From contig JAHDYR010000019.1 of the NCBI GenBank assembly GCA_019828565.1, positions 236,618-300,617 on the forward strand: a stretch of DNA of 64,000 nucleotides, written 5' to 3'. A program made the translations under genes and the position numbers. Origin of the DNA: Carpediemonas membranifera BICM. Lineage: Eukaryota > Protista > Fornicata. The notes beneath the pieces are model-generated. The model ran no database searches, was not told the origin of the DNA, and saw only the letters and a program-made list of their open reading frames with translations. Below are positions 33,988 to 44,613 of this stretch, one piece after another (positions within the stretch are counted from its first letter, which is position 1; each line of letters begins with the position of its first letter).

Positions 33988-34925
33988 TTAGTCAAGAAGT
34001 ACCGACCAGGGGTGAGCCTCCTTGCCGTACTGGATGCTGAGCATCTTGTGGTAAACGGCGTTGGTCAGGTCGCCGGCGACACCGTCCTTGCCCGCGGGGA
34101 TGGCGTAGTCGACGTCCTCGAACTGTATGCCGTTCACGGGGGTTACGATGGCGGCGGTGCCGCAGCCGAAAGCCTCGATCATGCGACCATCCTTGACGGT
34201 GTCGCAGACCTCCTGGATGGTGTAGTGGCGCTCCTCGACGGTGATGCCCATCTTCTTGATCTCGGGGTCCTCGCGGACAAGCTCAAGGATGGAGCGGCGG
34301 GTGATGCCGGGCAGGATGGTGCCGTCGAGAGGGGCAGTGACGAGCGTGGGCTTGCCAGTCTTCTTGTCCTTCCACAGGAAGAACTGGTTCATGGCGCCGA
34401 CCTCGGTGCAGAAGAGGTCGCCATTGCATTGCGTTCCGGGTGTGAGCCAGAGAACCTGGGAGCAGCCACGGGAGGCGGCTTGTTGTTGTGCCAGGATCCC
34501 CGGTCCGTAGTTTCCACCCACTTTGGTGTTTCCCGTGCCGCCGGGGAAGGCACGAACGTATTCCTTGGTAGCCCACAGCTTGATGGGCTTGAAACCGTCC
34601 TTGTAGTAAGGGCCGACGGGAGAGGCGATTACGAAGAGCTTGACGCGAGCGGCGGGAGCGATGCCAAGGATGGGGTGAGTGGCGATCACCGTAGGGCGGA
34701 GGTAGAGGGAGTAGCCCTCCTTGTTGGGGATCCAGCCCTTGTCGAGGCGAACGAGCTCCTCGAGGCACTTCTCAACCTCCTTGGCGTTGAACTTGGGCAT
34801 GCAGAGGCGAGCGCAAGAGTCGTTGAGGCGGTTGAAGTTGTCCATGGGACGGAACAGACGAGCCTTGCCCTCGCCGTCGATGTAGGCCTTCATGCCCTCA
34901 AAGCACTCAAGGCCGTAGTGGAGAG
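33988..34925 (-). pseudogene. 5'-truncated copy of branched-chain aminotransferase (ORF from MKAY at 34893)
   Basis: Encodes the same residues as 85-385 of BCAT at 36890-38047; lacks the N-terminal 84 aa. Confidence 0.85.
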
Positions 34926-36349
34926 TCGGCTAGATTCCTCTTGTGGTTCACTATGAACTGGTCGCGGTCATGGATGGCGATCAGCGCGTCGACAACGTGC
35001 TCGGCGACCTTCTCGATCTCAACGACGTCCTTTGTTGTTAGCAAGTTTACGTATTTCGCCAAGTACAACGGAAGAATGAAGTCACCGTCCTCGTTTGTGA
35101 AGAAGTGCCTCGGGTCTGCCTTGACGAACACGGAGAGGGCGTCGTGGAACACAGCCCGGTCGAGCCCGCCCTTGATGATCTGGTTGAACGGGGGCAGCAC
35201 CACAGTCACGAGGCCCCGGCAGAACTCCTTGAGGGCGCGCTCCCGGTCGGGCTTGTCGACCGCGATGAACTTGGCGATGTACTTCTCGGCGAGCTCCTCG
35301 ACGGACTTCTTGAAGCTTGCGACGACAGAGGCCTGGATCTCCCCCAGGATGCTGGTGCGGCCGACAATGACGTCGGGGTTGGTCTCGCTGGCTTCACGGG
35401 CAATGCGGTCCGCCGTGACAGCGAGGTTAGTGATCTTGGCGACCGTCGTGACGGCCGTAGCGTCCTTGAGCACGACGGACAGCACGCTGCGGAGAGAGCG
35501 GTCGCCCGACTCGAGCAGGAAGTCCGTATGGGCGTCGACCAGGCCGGACATGCAGGAGAAGAGCATCTCCGCCTCGAGTGACTCGAAGACCTTGGACTCG
35601 TGCGACAGCAGGCGTCTCTCGGCCGCCACCCGGTCGAACACGGTCTCGACGTAGTCGGGCACGGTCAGCTTCTCTCGCAGCTCCTTGCCGGTGCGGATCC
35701 AGAAGCCCTTGGCCTCCTCCATGAGCGGGACGCCGAACAGCTTGATGAACTGCGTGTTGTCCGCCGTCTTGGTCATCTGGCCGGACACCTCGCGGGGCCG
35801 GGGGGCGGCGGGCTTCTCGGACAGCAGCCGCTTGTACGCCTTGAACGCGTTGATGATCTTTTGGACGTCGACGTCGGCGTCACCGGACCTGAGCCGTGTG
35901 ACCTCCTGCTGGATGAACTTGATGACGTCGTCCTGGTACTTAACATGCACCGTCTGGTACAGCGCGCTCATGGTCTCGACGCTGTCGTCCGCGCTGCTCT
36001 TGTTCTTGGAGTAGGAGTTGTATGCACTGCCGATGACGTAGTTGAACATGACGTCGAGGCACTCCTGGAACGATCCCGCCTCCTGGACAACCGTGTACAG
36101 CCCATCGACGAGCTCGTAGCCCGATCTCTCCCGCATATGGTAGTTGTCGAGCATCACGTAGTACTTCTTCAGCTGGGCGAGGAACCAGCGCTGAGCCTTG
36201 TCAGACTCGCTTCCTCGGTTGCGGACAACGACGTAGATCTTCTTGTTGAGCTCAACAAGGTCGTTGGAGTGATCCCGATAGCCAGACTCGTTACGAAGCA
36301 GGTATTGTTGGAAGAACTTGTCCATGGCATCCTGTACGATGGGATCCAT
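34907..36349 (-). CDS. C-terminally truncated cullin copy (ends NLAD-SPLRP*)
   Basis: Same upstream region and N-terminal ~475 codons as the full cullin; cut at the duplication junction, losing the RING-binding and neddylation domains. Confidence 0.75.
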   Translation of the reverse strand: MDPIVQDAMDKFFQQYLLRNESGYRDHSNDLVELNKKIYVVVRNRGSESDKAQRWFLAQLKKYYVMLDNYHMRERSGYELVDGLYTVVQEAGSFQECLDVMFNYVIGSAYNSYSKNKSSADDSVETMSALYQTVHVKYQDDVIKFIQQEVTRLRSGDADVDVQKIINAFKAYKRLLSEKPAAPRPREVSGQMTKTADNTQFIKLFGVPLMEEAKGFWIRTGKELREKLTVPDYVETVFDRVAAERRLLSHESKVFESLEAEMLFSCMSGLVDAHTDFLLESGDRSLRSVLSVVLKDATAVTTVAKITNLAVTADRIAREASETNPDVIVGRTSILGEIQASVVASFKKSVEELAEKYIAKFIAVDKPDRERALKEFCRGLVTVVLPPFNQIIKGGLDRAVFHDALSVFVKADPRHFFTNEDGDFILPLYLAKYVNLLTTKDVVEIEKVAEHVVDALIAIHDRDQFIVNHKRNLADSPLRP

Positions 36350-36889
36350 CGTGTTTGCCGCTTCATCTTCTTCGCGAAGGCCCGCAAGAACTGAACTAGT
36401 CTCGTGTGTGCGGTTGGATTGCTCCTCACGGCGTGGGATCATGCAGTGCAATGGGTTTCGATTTTGCCGACACCAAACATGTGCGGCATGTATACCATAA
36501 ATCCGGTGGTTGTACGGAGACAGAGCGAGAGCGCTGGGGCCTGGTCAGCGTGGCCGACTTTCACCACTTGAACGCCAAGGTCACGATGCCTCTTGTGAAT
36601 CAAATCGAATCCACAGGACCACCCTGGACTCAGCGATAGCTGGCTCAAATGATCGAGGGTGTCCTTGTTTACGTTACCTGGGTCTGACCGAGGAGTGTCG
36701 TCGGATAGGCCGACGTGAAACGAAGCTGCCGAGATGCATGCCAACCCGCCGATTCACTCGGGGTTGTCGGCCGTCTTCTTAGACAGCAGCCGCTTGTACG
36801 CGCTGATCTTCATTTTATCGTTTTCTCATTTTTGATATGCTAGCCAACCCAGTCGACCGACACACCACAAACACGAGAATCAACACAGT

Positions 36890-38047
36890 TTAGTCAAGAA
36901 GTACCGACCAGGGGTGAGCCTCCTTGCCGTACTGGATGCTGAGCATCTTGTGGTAAACGGCGTTGGTCAGGTCGCCGGCGACACCGTCCTTGCCCGCGGG
37001 GATGGCGTAGTCGACGTCCTCGAACTGTATGCCGTTCACGGGGGTTACGATGGCGGCGGTGCCGCAGCCGAAAGCCTCGATCATGCGACCATCCTTGACG
37101 GTGTCGCAGACCTCCTGGATGGTGTAGTGGCGCTCCTCGACGGTGATGCCCATCTTCTTGATCTCGGGGTCCTCGCGGACAAGCTCAAGGATGGAGCGGC
37201 GGGTGATGCCGGGCAGGATGGTGCCGTCGAGAGGGGCAGTGACGAGCGTGGGCTTGCCAGTCTTCTTGTCCTTCCACAGGAAGAACTGGTTCATGGCGCC
37301 GACCTCGGTGCAGAAGAGGTCGCCATTGCATTGCGTTCCGGGTGTGAGCCAGAGAACCTGGGAGCAGCCACGGGAGGCGGCTTGTTGTTGTGCCAGGATC
37401 CCCGGTCCGTAGTTTCCACCCACTTTGGTGTTTCCCGTGCCGCCGGGGAAGGCACGAACGTATTCCTTGGTAGCCCACAGCTTGATGGGCTTGAAACCGT
37501 CCTTGTAGTAAGGGCCGACGGGAGAGGCGATTACGAAGAGCTTGACGCGAGCGGCGGGAGCGATGCCAAGGATGGGGTGAGTGGCGATCACCGTAGGGCG
37601 GAGGTAGAGGGAGTAGCCCTCCTTGTTGGGGATCCAGCCCTTGTCGAGGCGAACGAGCTCCTCGAGGCACTTCTCAACCTCCTTGGCGTTGAACTTGGGC
37701 ATGCAGAGGCGAGCGCAAGAGTCGTTGAGGCGGTTGAAGTTGTCCATGGGACGGAACAGACGGGCCTTGCCCTCGCCGTCGATGTAGGCCTTCATGCCCT
37801 CAAAGCACTCAAGGCCGTAGTGGAGAGCGCTGCTAGCGGGATGGAGCTCAAGGTTGCCGAAGGGAACGATGTGGGGATCGTGCCAGCCATCCTTGGCGTC
37901 CCAGTCAATCTCCAGCATGTGATCGCTGAAGGTAGTGCCAAAGGTGAGGTTCTCGGGAGCAAGCTTCTCCTTAGGAGTGTGAGTGAGCTGAACCTTAAGG
38001 TTGGCAGCGTTAACGTCAGAGTACAAGCGGTGGAAAGCGGTGAGCAT
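36890..38047 (-). CDS. BCAT: Branched-chain amino acid aminotransferase, possible organellar presequence
   Basis: FGTTFSDHML, LHYGLECFEGMKAY, LFRP..N..R, SLYLRP, KVGGNYG, EVGAMN, ILPGITRRS, EAFGCGTAA. Confidence 0.95.
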   Translation of the reverse strand: MLTAFHRLYSDVNAANLKVQLTHTPKEKLAPENLTFGTTFSDHMLEIDWDAKDGWHDPHIVPFGNLELHPASSALHYGLECFEGMKAYIDGEGKARLFRPMDNFNRLNDSCARLCMPKFNAKEVEKCLEELVRLDKGWIPNKEGYSLYLRPTVIATHPILGIAPAARVKLFVIASPVGPYYKDGFKPIKLWATKEYVRAFPGGTGNTKVGGNYGPGILAQQQAASRGCSQVLWLTPGTQCNGDLFCTEVGAMNQFFLWKDKKTGKPTLVTAPLDGTILPGITRRSILELVREDPEIKKMGITVEERHYTIQEVCDTVKDGRMIEAFGCGTAAIVTPVNGIQFEDVDYAIPAGKDGVAGDLTNAVYHKMLSIQYGKEAHPWSVLLD

Positions 38048-38606
38048 CAGGTTGGTTGGATTAAAGACCTGACAAGACTTGACTTTTCCACACCATATCT
38101 TATACGGAAGATCCGGGTGGTTAAGGGTCGCCCTGGAGTGTCATATGCGCTGAACCGGCTTGACTGGTGTTAATTCGGCCCTATACAAAAGTCAATGCCT
38201 GGAAATCGACTGTGCAACCAAGATGACCTCACGAGACTGCGGATTCGCGACCATAGCGGCTGCTGAATTTCGATCCCGTAGGAACACGTACCGCATTGTC
38301 CGACGAAGCATGCATGGCGATCCTGCGATCAGATTCTAACTGTGATTCGACCGATTTTTTTGTCACGACTTGATATCACCGGGGTGACACACGCTTTCGC
38401 GCCATCATTCCCTGCCCAGGCGTGTATAGGATGATCCCACTAAACTGCCGAGGGACAGTCATGTACGTCCTGCTGGACGACCGGACGGCTTCCAGGACCT
38501 CGCTGAAGCATGCTTGGCTCACAACCATCGATGATCCCCGGAGAAGCATTTACTCAGCAAATCACCCAACCATGTTTGCCCGGCCGTCGCATCACACCGC
38601 GCACCC

Positions 38607-39827
38607 CTATCCTTTCTTCGACTTCTGCGTCATCTCCAGAATGACCATCTCTAGCCGCTTGACCTCAAGCTGCGCCAGCCGGAGCTCACGCTGCATATTC
38701 CCCAGAAGCCCATTCTTCCGCGTGAGATCTTCACTCATTAGTGACAAAGCTGCACTCTGCTCCGAGATACGGCGGTCACGGCTCGAGATCTCGTCCCGCA
38801 GTGAGTTCATCACATTCATCTCCCGGCTGTACTGTTGCACCCAACCGTGTTTCCACTGCTCAATCATCGAGTTGATATGGGATACGGGGATCGGATCTGG
38901 CCTGTGGGTATCAGTTGAGATCATCAAACTCGAATCAGCCCAAGTTGGCATGAAAGTGTATCTTGCAGTCAAGATGGGATCCTCAATAAACCCGTTCCGA
39001 CTGAAGAACGGCACTGCGTCGATTCCTGCGAACACGATGAGCGTATCTCCACTCGTCTGGTCGATCAAATCCTTCAGAGTCACGACGAGTCGTCTCCCGA
39101 GCCCAAGTTGCTGGAATCTGGTACGCACACCGAGCAACGACAGCTGGTAGAGCTTTTCCTTAGGCACCAGGGTGTTTGGGACCAGCTCGAAAGAGATGGC
39201 AGCGACCAATCTATCCTTGAATTTGATTGGATCCTCCAGGTCGACCGGGCCCTGGATGTCCGACGGGAGGACCTCCCCGAAGTCCGACCTGGGGCCGGTG
39301 AACGAGGAGGTGGACTCACTCGACTCTTCCGAGTCTGTGTCCTCCTCTTCAGGGTCAGATTCAGTGGGGGTCTTCTCTGCACGGCGACGGGAGCGAAGGC
39401 GGTCTAGCTTGACATCCTCCACACTGCGGAGGACCGCGAAGGTGAGGTAGTACTCGTTTGAGAGGTATTCCCGCAGTGCTTTGTGGCCCATGTCGGGCAG
39501 GATGTGACGGTAGAGCGAGACAAGAGCCTCTTTCATCTCCAAATCATACTGAGTGGGCGTGTTGTGAGTTTGAAGTAGGTGCGTTGAAAGATGGATGTAG
39601 GCGTTCTCAAAGGGAAGAGTTAAGATGGATCCTGTGAGAAGCGTGTCAGGGCGGTGCTTCGTAGCATCCCGATCATGCCCTTGCTGCGGTTTTGTGTCTC
39701 TAAGCGTTAAACTGTAGAGAACGTCGTCCATTGAGGGAAAAGAAGCAAATAGGCGAACACTGGGAAGTGGCTTTGTATATATCGCATACTCACTGCCAAC
39801 GACCCAACCAGGCAGTGCTGAGGCCAT
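38607..39827 (-). CDS. GNAT acetyltransferase-domain protein with C-terminal coiled coil
   Basis: LGVRTRFQQLGLGRRLV (acetyl-CoA motif A), AVPFFSRNGF; start uncertain. Confidence 0.65.
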   Translation of the reverse strand: MASALPGWVVGSEYAIYTKPLPSVRLFASFPSMDDVLYSLTLRDTKPQQGHDRDATKHRPDTLLTGSILTLPFENAYIHLSTHLLQTHNTPTQYDLEMKEALVSLYRHILPDMGHKALREYLSNEYYLTFAVLRSVEDVKLDRLRSRRRAEKTPTESDPEEEDTDSEESSESTSSFTGPRSDFGEVLPSDIQGPVDLEDPIKFKDRLVAAISFELVPNTLVPKEKLYQLSLLGVRTRFQQLGLGRRLVVTLKDLIDQTSGDTLIVFAGIDAVPFFSRNGFIEDPILTARYTFMPTWADSSLMISTDTHRPDPIPVSHINSMIEQWKHGWVQQYSREMNVMNSLRDEISSRDRRISEQSAALSLMSEDLTRKNGLLGNMQRELRLAQLEVKRLEMVILEMTQKSKKG

Positions 39828-39931
39828 GCGCGGCCCCGGAGGAGGACTTCTGTCTCTCAAATGATAGCTGTCCCGCGTACTTTATTTACAGCATTCACGC
39901 GGCCCTTCATCCAGACATATCAAGCACCACC

Positions 39932-41416
39932 CTACTCAATAATGCCCCCGTTCTGGCACTCCGTGTAAGGCCCAGTCCACTTGCCCAGCGGTAACCACAG
40001 CAAACCAGAGGGGAACGAGAAGATACTGAGCATTGTCGCCAAGTTTGCCCAAAAGACGATGTGCCTGCGGAGGCTGTAGTCGCTCTTCTTGGGGAGTTTC
40101 GCGATCTGACACAATCTGGTTCGCTGAATGAGTATCTCAAGCGCCCATATAAATGCCACAAACACAGATCCAGGGGGGAAAACCCCGATCAACTGGACCA
40201 TCAGGAAATATTTGAAGCAAATCTCAAGATACGTAGATGCGGCCTCATATCGAATCTTATAAAATTTCTTCATCGCCCATGGTATTGCGATGAACGTCAG
40301 GGTATAGCCCAAGCTGTGGAACAGCAGTAGCAGCATCAGGAAGTATGTCATCGCCTCCATCGAGCAGCCCGGCGCCACAACTGCTAGGATGGTCAGGCTG
40401 ACCCAAGTGAGGGTGAATTTGAACAGCAGCACCCTGATATTGCGGACCATGCGCTTGGCCGCCCGAGTCCGGTGCATTTCGAATCGTGCGAGAACAAAAG
40501 AGAGCGGTGAAGCCGCCTGGAACCCTACAACATCTATTGCAGCGACGAGGGCGACTGATCCGACAGTCTGCCAGACGTAGCCATTCATGGGAACGTCCGG
40601 GTCAAACCGGGGCCTGGCTGGGGGAAGAACAACCAGGCTGAGAAGGACGGCAACGGCGAAGGGGGCGACTAGTCCGATTATAAAGACAGTGGTGGTCACT
40701 GTGATGAGGGCAGCATGCAGTGCAGAGGGCATCTTGGCCTTGAGCTCGTTATTAGTGGAGTCCAACAGGAAGGCGTGGGATAGCGGCAGGTGGGGGTCCC
40801 TCTTACGGCGGACAAGGTAGGTGTAGGCCGTCCAGAGAGAGAACAGGGCGGGTTGGACTGCGATGAGGAGGGCAACGAGGGCGAGCATGCAGACCCACGG
40901 CCACCAGATGCCAGGGGAGACGAATCGGGCGGCGTTTAAGCCGTTGATGACTGCAAATGGAGTCATCCACCAATCCTCGGCCTTGTAGCTGAAGTAGCTG
41001 GAGAAAAGCTGCGGGGCTGCGGGCAGTACACCGAGAACGCCTATGACTACGGACCAGAGAAGGAGATAGTCGAGGTAGTCGAACACCAGGCGGGTACGCA
41101 GACCCACACGCCGCTCGATGGAGGCCAGCTTGGAGAAGAACATCAGCTTCACGGACCGGAGCTGGTTGATGGGGTCGCGGTCGTGGACGGTGGGGTCGAC
41201 GAAGACCGGGCGGGAAAGGATGGAGACGCCTGTGAAGTGCCCGAGGAACCAATCGAACACGAGAAGTACCTTGGAGTGCTCGATCTCCTCCTCTTCCTCT
41301 TCTTCCTGGAAGGAACGGAGCTCATGGAAAGATTGGGAGAACGCCTGGAAATGAGCGTCTTGCATCACGAAATTCAGGGGATTAACAGATCCACGCCATC
41401 GAATTCCGCTTGACAT
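39932..41416 (-). CDS. Multi-pass membrane protein, TMC (transmembrane channel-like) family-like
   Basis: LASIERRVG...FDYLDYLL, LARFEMHRT...IRVLLFK, YEAASTYLEI...FPP resemble TMC segments; many hydrophobic helices. Confidence 0.55.
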   Translation of the reverse strand: MSSGIRWRGSVNPLNFVMQDAHFQAFSQSFHELRSFQEEEEEEEIEHSKVLLVFDWFLGHFTGVSILSRPVFVDPTVHDRDPINQLRSVKLMFFSKLASIERRVGLRTRLVFDYLDYLLLWSVVIGVLGVLPAAPQLFSSYFSYKAEDWWMTPFAVINGLNAARFVSPGIWWPWVCMLALVALLIAVQPALFSLWTAYTYLVRRKRDPHLPLSHAFLLDSTNNELKAKMPSALHAALITVTTTVFIIGLVAPFAVAVLLSLVVLPPARPRFDPDVPMNGYVWQTVGSVALVAAIDVVGFQAASPLSFVLARFEMHRTRAAKRMVRNIRVLLFKFTLTWVSLTILAVVAPGCSMEAMTYFLMLLLLFHSLGYTLTFIAIPWAMKKFYKIRYEAASTYLEICFKYFLMVQLIGVFPPGSVFVAFIWALEILIQRTRLCQIAKLPKKSDYSLRRHIVFWANLATMLSIFSFPSGLLWLPLGKWTGPYTECQNGGIIE

Positions 41417-41569
41417 TTGTGAATATAAGTTGGGGTTGGTGGTTTGCCACTCACGGCAACGTCGTAGGCTAAAAATGCACAGGGAAATATCTCTGGCATG
41501 GGCTGTCATCAGCCGCCAGGACAGCCCCCAGTGCCCGCCCCGTGTCCCCCATCCAGTATCGCGAGACAT

Positions 41570-42703
41570 TTACATGAGCTGCCTCTTCGCCATGTCCAAC
41601 ACCCGCCTCTCGCACTCCACAATGGCCGCCCCCCGGCCCCGCGGGCTCCCCAGCTGCCCCAGCCTCAGCTCCAGCAGCTTGCCGCACGCCTCCCTGATTC
41701 TAGGCTCCTCCGGCGGCCAGTCCGGCGATATTTCGTCCATGCCGAGGGCACTGCCGAGCAGCACGAGGATCTCCTCTGCATAAATAGCATCTGCTGCGGG
41801 ATCGTAGTGGATGGGCAGGTCGATATCGCCCAGGTCGACCCCGTCGGTCAACTCCAGGTACTCCTCGAGGAACTCGGGGTCCGCGTCGGCCACCTGAGGG
41901 CAGGCCTCGGCGAGCTGATCGCCAGTCACCCTCACAATATCGAACGGGTTCGTCTCCTTCTCCACGAAACCGTATTTCATCAAAAGATTTGCGGTGTCGA
42001 GGTCGCCGTACGTGTTCCACAGCTCCTGGCCCGCCCCGATGTCCGCACAGGCGACGACGTCGAATCCATCCCCAGCCTGAGTCACACTGACCGTGTTTCC
42101 CGCAGTTTTGTGGTTGAACGTGTCTCCGAACGGCGCAAGGACGGTGCCCCAAGACTCGTGGGTGAACGAGTAGCTCATGATGATGTAGCAAGCGTGCTGG
42201 AACATGGGCAGCGTCACGGGCTTGGGGAAGAAGTCCGTGTGAGAGGCGGTGAAGGGCTGGACGACAGTCGCGTACGTCGCTGCAATGCGCTGCTGGTTGT
42301 CTCTGATGTCGCCGAGCAGGTCGGTGCCGCTGAGCGTCTCCAGCTCGTCCTCGGTCCAGTGGAAGGGGAGCCACTTGGTTGTGGGGGCGGGCAGTGTGGC
42401 GAGGTACGGCTTCCACGCGGAGTCCGGCTGGAAGTAGAGCTCCCGGATGAAGGATAGGGCGAGGGGAACCCAGTCGCCGCTGTCCTCGGTAACAAGCGTC
42501 TCTATGTGCTCCTCAATGATGCTCCTGAGATCGCTGTTTTGGTAACAAAGGATGGCATCCGCTGGGATCCGTCCTACGGTGGTGTCCTTCGAGATTGACT
42601 TCTTGGAGATGACACCAAGGCCGGAAACTGTCCTAGTGGATACTTCTATCTCAGGAATGAGGTTGAAGCTCCTCTCTTGCATCCAATCGACGTAATCGTC
42701 CAT
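41570..42703 (-). CDS. SET-domain protein lysine methyltransferase (SETD6/Rubisco-LSMT-like)
   Basis: GLGVI, SAWKPYLATLP, LPFHW...EL..L.GT, IMSYSF, PFGDTFNH, GQELWNTYG, LLMKYGF. Confidence 0.88.
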   Translation of the reverse strand: MDDYVDWMQERSFNLIPEIEVSTRTVSGLGVISKKSISKDTTVGRIPADAILCYQNSDLRSIIEEHIETLVTEDSGDWVPLALSFIRELYFQPDSAWKPYLATLPAPTTKWLPFHWTEDELETLSGTDLLGDIRDNQQRIAATYATVVQPFTASHTDFFPKPVTLPMFQHACYIIMSYSFTHESWGTVLAPFGDTFNHKTAGNTVSVTQAGDGFDVVACADIGAGQELWNTYGDLDTANLLMKYGFVEKETNPFDIVRVTGDQLAEACPQVADADPEFLEEYLELTDGVDLGDIDLPIHYDPAADAIYAEEILVLLGSALGMDEISPDWPPEEPRIREACGKLLELRLGQLGSPRGRGAAIVECERRVLDMAKRQLM

Positions 42704-42822
42704 GTTTGTGATTGGCCTCCTGATGTGCTGCGCAGGATTAGAATTGTTGAGTCCAAAACACACAGTGATCCAAGCAGCATCAGGATCGCAGTGTGGTTCA
42801 TCATACTCTATCAATCGTGCGC

Positions 42823-44613
42823 TGCATATCACGCGCGCTGCAGCGCGTGTTTGCTCAACTTAGCAAGTTAATGATAGCGAGGAAGAGCACCTCTCTGGGA
42901 GTCGTAGTGGAAAGGAGATTGCTATATCTGATCTGAAGTTGCATCGAAGGTGCACCAAAGGATGTTCTCGCTGGCGCTCTTATCTCGGTGAGAGAGATTG
43001 AGAAGTATGTCTCTCTGCTCGGGATGCCGACGTAGCCGTTCAACGCGCCATGGAGCTCCCTCGCACGCGGGATTCTGGCAGAGCATGGTGCGGTGTGTGT
43101 GCACCACGCGTCTGAAGTGTGCTTTGCAGTATGGGCACACGATGGAAGTGCGGAATTCCGAGACCATCGTGACACTCACGACGACGTTGTGCCGGAGCAT
43201 GATGCCAGGGAGAGCTCGAGCAAAGTGGCGGTACGGAGCACAGGAGGGAGTGCCGGCGGAACAAAACAGTGCAGCCCCATACGCGACTTCGAGGTGAATG
43301 GGCTCCGGGGGGCGCCGAGATCATCCAGGAGTTGACGTCCAGCCCGGGCGAAGTGCTTCAGGCGCAGACGGTGATTGACAAAAGTCGCACGGCGGAAACA
43401 CTTTCTCGTCCCCTCGTTGAAGATCTGAACGATGTTCTCATGGACAAACCTAATCGACTGTTTGAGAGCCTCTAGACTTGTCGTTTTGAACGATGCTGCG
43501 CTCATATTCACGCGGAAAGAGGGGGTGGCAGTGTAGCCACACTTAGCGAGTACGCCAGATACACTCTGCCTGTCTGGGCGGCAGATCGTGTAGCCGCCCA
43601 GCGACCGAGCACCAGGGTCGAAGCCCATGAGGTGGGCATCGGGGTCTGGCGCGGGGCGAGCATCTGCGTCATCCACACCCAGACGCTCCCGAGCCTTTCG
43701 CTTCATCGTCGGGTTGCCACTGGCACGTCTGCTGACGTATGACAGAGCACCAACTTGGACCGTGAGGTCCACGGCGACCCCATCTGTCTTGACAGACAGC
43801 ACCCGACGGATGTTCGGAGGAAGAGCCTCCAGCTGCTCTCGCGTCATGCGCTCAGTGGCGTGATGCTCCGGGTCGACCCCAAGTTGGGCAAGCCAAGCCG
43901 GGTTCAGCACGTTGAGAGAACACGGAACGTGCATGAACCCGGGGCGGACCGGAGCCATCGGGACAAGCGGAACAAGCTTGGGGGCCCGCCAGCGGCTTGT
44001 CACCCGGAAGAGGTGGATGGGCGCAAGTGTGAAAGTACTTGGCCTTCGTGAACGAGCAGAGCCTGTTCTCCAATCCGGCGTAGAAGTCCGCGATGAAAGG
44101 AATCACGTTTCTACGGTTATGGAGAATGGAGGATATGGAGAACTTGACCGTATAGATGCTGGTCATGTGAAGCTCTGCGTTTTGCGGTGAATGAACCGAT
44201 CACTTGTTAACAACACACATCAAAGACGACAGACGTTTAATGAACGAGACTATGCAGTGATAATGGCGAGAATTAGAAGAACTGAAGTGTTTTATCTTCA
44301 GGCAGCGGCATAGAAGAGCCCGCTGTGCGATGGAAGGCCATGGTGATGATTGCAAAGACGTCATGATCAAGACCCCGAAATCCGACAAGCAGAAGAGAGC
44401 GGATGGAAGTAAGATGGGGTAGACGATAGGTGGGAAGCTATTTGCTTGGCGAGAGGACTGGAGAAGCACTGATTGATGACCCCCGACGATGATGACTGAC
44501 TATCGAAATATCACTCTCAAGAAGAAGGAAGGGAGAGCGGGAAGGGGTAATGAAGTATCATAGAGTGCACAGTGCAAGCAGTAAAGCAGGACTCTCGTTG
44601 TATCGAGACCTCA
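42823..44613. mobile_element. Fanzor-carrying element, copy B (inverted relative to A); terminal repeat 44551-44613 preceded by purine tract 44520-44547
   Basis: GAAGAAGGAAGGGAGAGCGGGAAGGGGTAA|TGAAGTATCATAGAGTGCACAGTGCAAGCAGTAAAG...CCTCA; other end is a divergent hairpin (42823-42857), boundary tentative. Confidence 0.72.
42922..44166 (-). pseudogene. Fanzor1-like RuvC nuclease, frameshifted and internally deleted but with D-E-D triad and Zn finger
   Basis: MTSIYTVKFSISSIL; LVPLVP; VKTDGVAVDL; MGFDPG (D); FKTTS...FRRATF; EVAYGAA; VSEFRTSIVCPYC (E); CQNPAC; HRDKSASENIL (D). Frame changes near 44020 and at G6 run 43307-43312. Confidence 0.9.

Larger units (their letters stand above)
32023..37827. 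repeat. Tandem segmental duplication, 2,902-bp unit (32023-34924 / 34925-37826), 1-nt junction microhomology
   Basis: ORF coordinates recur with offset 2902; junction GTAGTGGAGA-G-TCGGCTAG fuses BCAT to cullin; at least one SNP (34861 A vs 37763 G). Confidence 0.95.

Noticed and set aside
43912-44469. Small ORFs in the shared element module as gag/integrase remnants
   Set aside because: No recognisable retroelement motifs.
7851-44613. Repeat-plus-variable-flank pattern as a CRISPR array
   Set aside because: Copies are dispersed, of unequal length and not regularly spaced; no cas genes.
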